This document shows positions 1-10,700 of a stretch of 64,000 bases of DNA, piece after piece (the stretch's first letter is position 1; every line of letters begins with the position of its first letter). The DNA comes from Mytilus edulis (Eukaryota): contig NC_092353.1 of NCBI RefSeq assembly GCF_963676685.1, forward strand, positions 20,398,001 to 20,462,000, given 5' to 3'. The position numbers and the translations under genes are program-made. The notes under the pieces were generated by a model, which was given only the letters and a program-made list of their open reading frames with translations, had not been told where the DNA came from and ran no database searches.

Positions 1-3000
1 ATGGATACCCCATATCCTTTGTTTTGTCTATTAGGAATGTGCTTGTGTCATGGATGGATAGCCCATATCCTTTGTATTGTCTATTAGGAATGTACTTGTG
101 TCATGGATGGATAGCCCATATCATTTGTTTTGTCTATTAGGAATGTACTTGTGACATGGATGGATAGACCATATCCTTTGTTTTGTCTATTAGGAATGTG
201 TCATGGATGGATACCCCATATCATTTGTATTGTCTATTAGGAATGTACTTGTGACATGGATGGATACCCCATATCATTTGTATTGTCTATTAGGAATGTA
301 CTTGTGTCATGGATGGATATCCCATATCATTTGTATTGTCTATTAGGAATGTACTTGTGACATGGATGGATAGACCATATCCTTTGTATTGTCTATTAGG
401 AATGTACTTGTGACATGGATGGATACCCCATATCATTTGTTTTGTCTATTAGGAATGTACTTGTGACATGGATGGATACCCCATATCATTTGTATTGTCT
501 ATTAGGAATGTACTTGTGACATGGATGGATAGACCATATCCTTTGTATTGTCTATTAGGAATGTACTTGTGTCATGGATGGATAGCCCATATCCTTTGTT
601 TTGTCTATTAGGAATGTACTTGTGACATGGATGGATACCCCATATCCTTTGTTTTGTCTATTAGGAATGTACTTGTGACATGGATGGATACCCCATATCA
701 TTTGTTTTGTCTATTAGAAATGTACTTGTGACATGGATGGATAGACCATATCCTTTGTTTTGTCTATTAGGAATGTGTCATGGATGGATACCCCATATCA
801 TTTGTATTGTCTATTAGGAATGTACTTGTGACATGGATGGATACCCCATATCATTTGTATTGTCTATTAGGAATGTACTTGTGTCATGGATGGATACCCC
901 ATATCATTTGTATTGTCTATTAGGAATGTACTTGTGACATGGATGGATACCCCATATCCTTTGTTTTGTCTATTAGGAATGTACTTGTGTCATGGATGGA
1001 TACCCCATATCATTTGTATTGTCTATTAGGAATGTACTTGTGACATGGATAGATACCCCATATCCTTTGTTTTGTCTATTAGGAATGTACTTGTGTCATG
1101 GATGGATACCCCATATCATTTGTATTGTCTATTAGGAATGTACTTGTGTCATGGATGGATAGCCCATATCGTTTGTATTGTCTATTAGGAATGTACTTGT
1201 GTCATGTATGGATATCCCATATCCTTTGTATTGTCTATTAGGAATGTACTTGTGTCATGGATGGATATCCCATATCATTTGTATTGTCTATTAGGAATGT
1301 GCTTGTGACATGGATGGATACCCCATATCCTTTGTATTGTCTATTAGGAATGTGCTTGTGTCATGGATGGATTTCCATATCCTTTGTTTTGTCTATTAGG
1401 AATGTGCTTGTGACATGGATGGATATCCCATATCCTTTGTTTTGTCTATTAGGAATGTACTTGTGACATGGATGGATACCCCATATCATTCGTATTGTCT
1501 ATTAGGAATGTACTTGTGACATGGATGGATACCCCATATCCTTTGTTTTGTCTATTAGGAATGTGTCATGGATGGATGTCCCATATCCTTTGTTTTGTCT
1601 ATTAGGAATGTACTTGTGTCATGGATGGATACCCCATATCCTTTGTTTTGTCTATTAGGAATGTGTCATGGATGGATATCCCATATCCTTTGTTTTGTCT
1701 ATTAGGAATGTGCTTGTGTCATGGATGGATACCCCATATCCTTTGTTTTGTCTATTAGGAATGTGCTTGTGACATGGATGGATACCCCATATCATTTGTT
1801 TTGTCTATTAGGAATGTGCTTGTGACATGGATGGATACCCCATATCCTTTGTTTTGTCTATTAGGAATGTGCTTGTGACATGGATGGATACCCCATATCC
1901 TTTGTATTGTCAATTAGGAATGTACTTGTGACATGGATGGATACCCCATATCCTTTGTTTTGTCTTTTAGGAATGTGCTTGTGTCATGGATGGATACCCC
2001 ATATTATTTGTTTTGTCTATTAGGAATGTACTTGTGACATGGATGGATACCCCATATCATTTGTTTTGTCTATTAGGAATGTGCTTGTGTCATGGATGGA
2101 TAGCCCATATCATTTGTTTTGTCTATTAGGAATGTACTTGTGACATGGATGGATACCCCATATCATTTGTATTGTCTATTAGGAATGTACTTGTGACATG
2201 GATGGATACCCCATATCATTCGTATTGTCTATTAGGAATGTGCTTGTGTCATGGATGGATACCCCATATCCTTTGTATTGTCTATTAGGAATGTACTTGT
2301 GTCATGGATGGATAGCCCATATCATTTGTATTGTCTATTAGGAATGTACTTGTGACATGGATGGATATCCCATATCCTTTGTTTTGTCTATTAGGAATGT
2401 GCTTGTGACATGGATGGATACCCCATATCCTTTGTTTTGTCTATTAGGAATGTGTCATGGATGGATATCCCATATCCTTTGTTTTGTCTATTAGGAATGT
2501 ACTTGTGTCATGGATGGATAGCCCATATCCTTTGTATTGTCTATTAGGAATGTACTTGTGTCATGGATGGATAGCCCATATCCTTTGTTTTGTCTATTAG
2601 GAATGTACTTGTGACATGGATGGATACCCCATATCCTTTGTATTGTCTATTAGGAATGTACTTGTGTCATGGATGGATAGCCCATATCCTTTGTATTGTC
2701 TATTAGGAATGTACTTGTGACATGGATGGATACCCCATATCATTTGTATTGTCTATTAGGAATGTACTTGTGTCATGGATGGATAGCCCATATCATTTGT
2801 ATTGTCTATTAGGAATGTACTTGTGACATGGATGGATAGCCCATATCATTTGTATTGTCTATTAGGAATGTACTTGTGTCATGGATAGATAGCCCATATC
2901 ATTTGTATTGTCTATTAGGAATGTACTTGTGACATGGATGGATACCCCATATCCTTTGTTTTGTCTATTAGGAATGTGCTTGTGACATGGATGGATACCC

Positions 3001-4378
3001 CATATCATTTGTTTTGTCTATTAGGAATGTGCTTGTGACATGGATGGATAGCCCATATCATTTGTATTGTCTATTAGGAATGTACTTGTGTCATGGATAG
3101 ATACCCCATATCCTTTGTTTTGTCTATTAGGAATGTACTTGTGTCATGGATGGATAGCCCATATCCTTTGTATTGTCTATTAGGAATGTACTTGTGACAT
3201 GGATGGATACCCCATATCATTTGTTTTGTCTATTAGGAATGTACTTGTGACATGGATGGATACCCCATATCCTTTGTTTTGTCTATTAGGAATGTACTTG
3301 TGACATGGATGGATACCCCATATCCTTTGTTTTGTCTATTAGGAATGTACTTGTGTCATGGATGGATAGCCCATATCCTTTGTATTGTCTATTAGGAATG
3401 TACTTGTGTCATGGATGGATACCCCATATCCTTTGTTTTGTCTATTAGGAATGTGCTTGTGACATGGATGGATACCCCATATCCTTTGTATTGTCTATTA
3501 GGAATGTACTTGTGACATGGATGGATACCCCATATCCTTTGTTTTGTCTTTTAGGAATGTGCTTGTGTCATGGATGGATACCCCATATCATTTGTTTTGT
3601 CTATTAGGAATGTACTTGTGACATGGATGGATACCCCATATCATTTGTTTTGTCTATTAGGAATGTGCTTGTGTCATGGATGGATAGCCCATATCATTTG
3701 TTTTGTCTATTAGGAATGTACTTGTGACATGGATGGATAGACCATATCCTTTGTTTTGTCTATTAGGAATGTGTCATGGATGGATACCCCATATCATTTG
3801 TATTGTCTATTAGGAATGTACTAGTGACATGGATGGATATCCCATATCATTTGTATTGTCTATTAGGAATGTACTTGTGACATGGATGGATAGACCATAT
3901 CCTTTGTATTGTCTATTAGGAATGTGCTTGTGTCATGGATGGATAGCCCATATCCTTTGTTTTGTCTATTAGGAATGTGCTTGTGTCATGGATGGATATC
4001 CCATATCCTTTGTATTGTCTATTAGGAATGTACTTGTGACATGGATGGATACCCCATATCATTTGTATTGTCTATTAGGAATGTACTTGTGTCATGGATG
4101 GATAGCCCATATCATTTGTTTTGTCTATTAGGAATGTACTTGTGTCATGGATGGATAGCCCATATCCTTTGTATTGTCTATTAGGAATGTACTTGTGTCA
4201 TGGATGGATACCCCATATCCTTTGTATTGTCTATTAGGAATGTACTTGTGTCATGGATGGATAGCCCATATCCTTTGTATTGTCTATTAGGAATGTACTT
4301 GTGTCATGGATGGATACCCCATATCCTTTGTATTGTCTATTAGGAATGTACTTGTGACATGGATGGATACCCCATATT
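1..4378. repeat. 53-bp minisatellite array (~83 copies, runs off the left edge) inside a PARP4 intron
   Basis: Unit ATGGATACCCCATATCCTTTGTTTTGTCTATTAGGAATGTACTTGTGACATGG recurs at 1, 54, 107 and so on. Occasional 46-bp variants lack 7 bp. No unique spacers. Confidence 0.98.
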
Positions 4379-4605
4379 ATTTTTTAATACCAATCAAAAT
4401 TCATTAAAAATCTTAAACATATTGATAACTTGTATTCTACATTTGTTGTTGCAAAGAAGCTACACAAGTAAAAGTATTACAAGGTCATGGTGGACCCCAT
4501 TTATCAAGAATCTCTTGAAATTTTACATCTTTTCTTGGTGAAAAAAAAACCCCAATGTACTGGTTATATTAAACCATTAGAGGCTTTTGTTATTTGTCTG
4601 TGTAC

Positions 4606-4789
4606 CTGAAATTCTGAAGATTGATCTTCTGACGAAGCTACACCATGACAGCTATCATACCCCTCTGGAGGCCCCTGTAGATCTTTGTGGTATTCTGTGA
4701 AATCTTTACAGTTGCCAAGGGCAACATTGCTGACTAGCATCATTCTGGTTCCCTTACATTTACTTTGGTCTGAGTATTGTATACTAGTA
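4606..4789 (-). CDS. PARP4: PARP4 coding exon 11 (catalytic domain)
   Basis: TSIQYSDQSKCKGTRMMLVSNVALG...PPEGYDSCHGV...SEFQ; donor CAG|gtacac. Confidence 0.92.
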
Positions 4790-7700
4790 CTGTAATATTA
4801 AAATAAATCATATTATGTTTATCATTCTCTGACTTGAATCTTACATTATTTAATTACTTTATTTATTTGTATATCTTGTTGACTTTCATATACACGAAAG
4901 ATAAAGAGCTTACCTACTAACATGTCCAGAACTTTTCAAATTTGAATAACCTTCAAATAACATTGAATCTAATCCCAAGATAGAAGGAAAATTTTCAGTT
5001 ACACTTTATTCTCATTTCAAGAATTAAAATAAAGAAAAATTGATTGCCACGCAAATATCTAACATTGAAAACAAAATATGACAAAAGTCCATTTTGTTTT
5101 ACAGAATTTTATTTGAGTTAATTTGACCTCTACATACCTAGCAGAGCTGGCAAAGTAGACACCATTTCCAAGCATTCCTGCATCTGTTCTGGTTCCACCA
5201 AAATCATCAACAATTATTTTAGGCAAAAGTAAACCCCTAAAAAAGAAAGATTAATACTTGTCACAAAATTGTGGTATAAAGCAGTTACATCAATTTTGTC
5301 ATATCATGGTTTTTTTTATATGTATAATCTACAAATGTAATTTTTAATTTAAATATTTTTTCTATTCCAGAAAAAAAAAAGGATTGGCTATATCAGAAAA
5401 TAATAGATTGGTTGTTGGAAGGCACTATATGTATTAACACAGACATATTTTTAAGTTTTTTTTTTTTTTTCTAAATTATTATGTGCGGGAGATCTTTATA
5501 ACATTGCCTTTCAATTCTTTGTTTCAATTTTCTTAGATATTTTGGCTTTGCAACAGGATGTTTACAACTGAAGTTGTAAAGATTCATATGATACTACTGT
5601 TGAAAGGCCGAATCTGAAAATCATGCAAATGAACCTGGTTATTTAGTTATCAATCATATTGTGTAAAATGTTAAGAGATTTGGTGATATGGTTCATAAAA
5701 ATCCCTTAGAAACTAATGAATTATAATATTTTAATAATGAAAGGCAAATCTCTTCAATAGTACATTCAGATTCTACTATGGTCCTATTTATTTGGCCATT
5801 TGTGATTAAATTAAAACTTTTTACCTAGATAATATTCCAACAAAGTTCTGAACTTTTGATGCATGAAACAACAACTTCTGAGGTCTCAAATTTTTTCTAA
5901 AATTGTCTTCTTCTACTTGTCGATGAACACAGAAAACATTACTAATGCTGATCTCAGGACTTCCTCTGAAATAAAAAAGGGGAAGTAAATCAAAATCATT
6001 ATCATATTTCACTTATTTGATGATCAATTACTGATAAGTTGTAAATCCTGAACTGACCAGAAATAAACTTAATAGCTATACTACCCCTAAAAAACAAGCA
6101 AAATACAACATATTGCCATTAATTTCTCAATGGCAGCTGATTCAAAGAATACAAATTGAAAAAAAATATCCATTGAGAAATGACTGGATGTAGAACATTT
6201 TTTTCAAACTTTTTCAGATGGGTGTCTTTCTGACACTATATAAATACATAAATCTTGTGGTACCATTAAAGCTTAACTACTTATATACAAGTAATAAAAT
6301 TATTGACTTTGATGTTTTCTCTTTAAGATTTTTATTAAATATTAACGTCCAAAAACACAATGACCAAAGAAAAAGACATCTAGAGGTGACTTTTAATCAG
6401 TATGATAATCTAGAAATTGATACAAACATAAATCTGTTATTTCTTGGTAATCTCCTGCAATCAGTTGTTGGAGGAAAACTAAGGATTCATTTTAATTGTT
6501 TTGAACCCATACATCATGATTTAATAAAGACCTAATTAATCAGGTTTTTGATTCTAAATATGTCCTAGAGATGACAATTACATATACTATAGAAGATTTG
6601 ATTTGATTTAATTTCTTGTGTTTAAATTCCACTTTTTAGCACCACTTTATGGCTATTTGGTAGCAGTTAGGAAATCTGACAATTCTAGTCAATTAAGATT
6701 TGAGTCAAGTGCACCTGCAGGAGCTACTAAGACCACTTGGCCTCTCCATCATAGAAGACAACAACCAGGTTTTATTGCACCCAAATTTCATTGATTACCA
6801 TTGATATATAAAAATACATTAAAATGTTATTGAATCATCATCAACAACAAAATAATGTATGATATCAAAAATACAAACTGTTTGAGAGACTGTATAATGT
6901 GTTCCTTGATCAGTTTATATTCTGTATCTGTAATCTGTAAACCATCAAGTCTACATCGTAATGCTTTATACTTGGCCTCGGTACTACTTCTGGTCGACCA
7001 GTTTGTAGACTCACTCACAGCTACCATATCTTTAATCATCTGAAATACATAATCTTAAAATACATACATCATGTCAAAAACATACACTAAAAATTTAAAG
7101 TCAGGAAACTAGTGATTTACCTCCTTTTGTAATAGGGAAATGATAAAAAGAAACATCTAATTTTGTAATAGAGCATTTCTTTACTCAGACTTACAAAATC
7201 TTCCTTCAAAATGTGTTTTTATTTTGTCCTGACATTTCTATATACAAGAACAATAAAGGTCACTAATTGTAATGGAAAATGAGTGAAGAAAGTTTTTCTG
7301 TATGAATATTAACTAACATGACTCTTTTCTGTGGAAGTGTTTGGTTTTATGTGACATAATTTTATATCATATATATTTTTACTTACCAGTCAAGGAATAT
7401 ACATAAGGATTATCTCCCTTACAACGTTCTCATAACTCGCAACACCTGGATGATTTCAAACATCTATCTAACATTGATCATCCGGGTGAATGCCTCCTCA
7501 GTTTATCTTTCGGCGGCAACAAAATAAGACGTTCTCACTTTGAGACTTTCTATTATAGTCTCGTCGTTGCAATTTTTATTTATGTACGTTTAATATTATC
7601 GTCCGCTCATATTGGACGATGGCTGAAGAATATAGACACTCACTGACTGACGCAAATGCTGATTCAGATAGTGCAGGTGAAACGCCAACGGGTGATTTTC

Positions 7701-10700
7701 TCGTGAAAAAGATGGCGAGGACAACAAAAGACGCTTCTTCAAAGAAAAAGAAACGTGTGTCAAAGACGGCTGAACTTGAGAATAAGTTAAACAGTATGGA
7801 AGACAGGTTTGATAAGAAAATGGATATGTTATTTGCTGTTATGAACAAGTCATGTGCTACTATAGGTAGTTCGACTGTTGCACAGGTTTCTCAATCTGGT
7901 GGTTTAGCCACGCAGAGAGAACAAAGTTCGGATAACGTCCCAAGTACAGGGGAGCGTAGACCGGTAATTTCTTTGAATGCAAATCTTGATGAGGACTTGG
8001 GAAGTCCTAGAATCATCAGAAATATTGATTTTGACAATAGGTCAGAAATTTCTCTTCATATAGACAGTCGTGAAAAGGCTGATTTACTTGGTTTATGTTC
8101 ATCAGAGGATGAATATTCTCGTGGCCTCAGTAGTCCTGTTTATTCTCAGGCTGGCAATAAATCTAGAAATGTTGAAAGATTTAGTCAATATCTACAAACT
8201 CAACCTACTATTAGTAACAATGTTGAAAGTCAGTCAAATCAGAGACTAACAAGTAACATTGATAATAATAACAATAAAACTGTAGACAAGCAGTCAGATA
8301 ATTTAAATTTATTGTCTAAACTTTTCAAGGAAGATATTCCTTCAGAATCTTCTGATAATTCTGGTGGCTTGATCATTGATGAGGCACAGGTTAGAATTCT
8401 AGAACGTTCCTGGAGAACAAAAAATCCAGAGAAACTTACAGCTTATAAAGATGAATACCGTAGTTGTTTTCCGGTTAATGATAAATCTAAAAGCTTTTTG
8501 CAAGTACCCAGTTTGGATGATTTATTAGAACCAATGATAAGAACTGTTCATGGTACAAATAGTGTTAAGTCATGGGACAAACATAAGCAGTTGGTTACTC
8601 AACCTTTAAAACAGATAGAGAATCTAGCCTATCAAGGGCAGGTGGCTTCACGTATGGGTATTATATCAGTGTTGTATATGCAACAAACATTAGGAACCTT
8701 ATTAGAGAGGGTTGAAAATGAAAATGTTAGTGATGAAACTTGTCAAATGGTGAAGGACTTGTTTGCAATTTCGACAAAGTCTCTTGATCAGGTAGGACGC
8801 ACAGGTGCGTTTAACCATATGATACGCAGGAAGGCTGCAGCTACTGAGTCTGGTTTAAATAACTTGAAAGATATACAGGCTAAAGTTTTGTATTTACCTC
8901 TTTCGAATGAAGGTGTATTTGGTAAAGGTTTGGAAGACAAACTTGAGAAACGTAAAGAACAACGTGAGCAACTAGACGATCTGTTACCAGAGTATAAAAA
9001 CAATAATAAGAGAAAGTTTGAATCTACTCAGGTGCGTCAAGATTGGCAAAATAAAGCTCCTAGATATAGTTCTAACAATAGTTCTACTCATGTTAATTAT
9101 AACAATGCTAATTCAGCTGATAAACGTTCAGGTTTTAGTTATAATAAATCTTCTGTGAGATCTGCTCCTAGGAAGTTCCAGAAAGACAATAAAGCTGATG
9201 ACTTTGGGAAAAAAGATAAAGAAAAGAAAGCAGGTGGCAACTGGAATTCTTTTCGGATCCCAAAGAAAAACAGTAGCTGACTCAGAGTTAAAGGTAATAA
9301 TTTATCAGAATCAGGCCGAGATACCAGTTGGGGGTCGTCTAAGATTTTTTCGAGACAATTGGGAAAAAATAACAGACGATCAATGGGTCTTGTCAGTAAT
9401 AGCAGAGGGTTACAAACTAGAGTTTCTAGAAATGCCATTTGGGACAGGCATACGGAAAACCTCTGTGTCTTTAAAAGACTCGGATATTTTAATCCAAGAA
9501 ATAAATACTCTTATAGAAAAAGATGCTATAGAACCTGTTCGCCAGCAAGATGCAGCAACAGGTTTCTACAGTACGTTTTTTCTAGTCCCCAAAAAGAACG
9601 GGACAATGAGACCAGTAATAAATCTCAGACCCCTCAACAGGTATCTCAAGAAAATACATTTCAAAATGGACACTCTCACAAAAGTATTAAACTTAGTAAA
9701 AATAGGAGACTGGGCCATTTCTCTGGATCTAAGCGATGCTTATTTACACATCCCAATTTTTCAGAAGCATCCCAAGTTTCTCAGATTTTCGGTTCAGAAC
9801 CGGTGTTATCAGTGGAAAGTTCTTTGTTTCGGACCAACTTCGGCTCCGAGAGTCTTTACAAAAATGGTTTCCGTAGTAGCGGCTTTTTTGAGAACTCAAA
9901 ATGTAAGACTAGTAGTATATCTAGACGATTGGCTAGTAGTCAATCAAAGCAAGAATCAATTATATCAAGATCGAAAGAAATGTCTCGATCTCCTAAATTC
10001 ACTAGGTTTTCTCATCAACAGAGAAAAATCAAGTCTAGTGCCAACTCAAAACTTGATATACTTAGGGGGGCAGTTTCATTTGGACAAGGGACTTGTTTGC
10101 CCAACTCAGGAAAGAATAGACAAATTGAATATGGCAATACTAATTCTTTCATCAGGGAATGCAGTGTCAGCATTTCACTTCCTACAATTACTAGGCATAA
10201 TGGCATCTTGCATAGAGTTAATTCCGAATGCACGCTTGTTCATGAGACCGGTTCAACTACATCTCCTCTCATTTTGGAGACCAAGTTGTCAGGATCTTTC
10301 CATAAAGATCCCAGTTACACCACATCTGAAATCACATCTCAGTTGGTGGAAAGATTCAGCAAACACGCTGAGAGGCCAATATTTTCAACTGGCTCAAACC
10401 TCTGTAACCATAACGACAGATGCTTCGAAAACCGGGTATGGGGGTTTTATGAACAATCAAATTTTTCAAGGGGAATGGTCAGAAATGCAGAGCAAGAAAC
10501 ATATAAATTCCCTAGAATTGGAAGCAGTGTTTTTAACGCTGAAACACTTCCTAAATCAGTTGAAAGGTCAATATGTTCTGATAAGATCGGACAATACCAC
10601 AGTGGTCCAATATATAAACAAACAAGGGGGGACGAAATCGCCCACTCTTTGCTACCAAACATGGGATTTATGGAATCTTGCAATTCAAAACAATATTCGA

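Noticed and set aside
1-4378. CRISPR array or coding repeat (ORF 1257-1466)
   Set aside because: Units are head-to-tail with no unique spacers, there are no cas genes, and the context is a eukaryotic intron. The ORF is a chance product of the 53-bp period.
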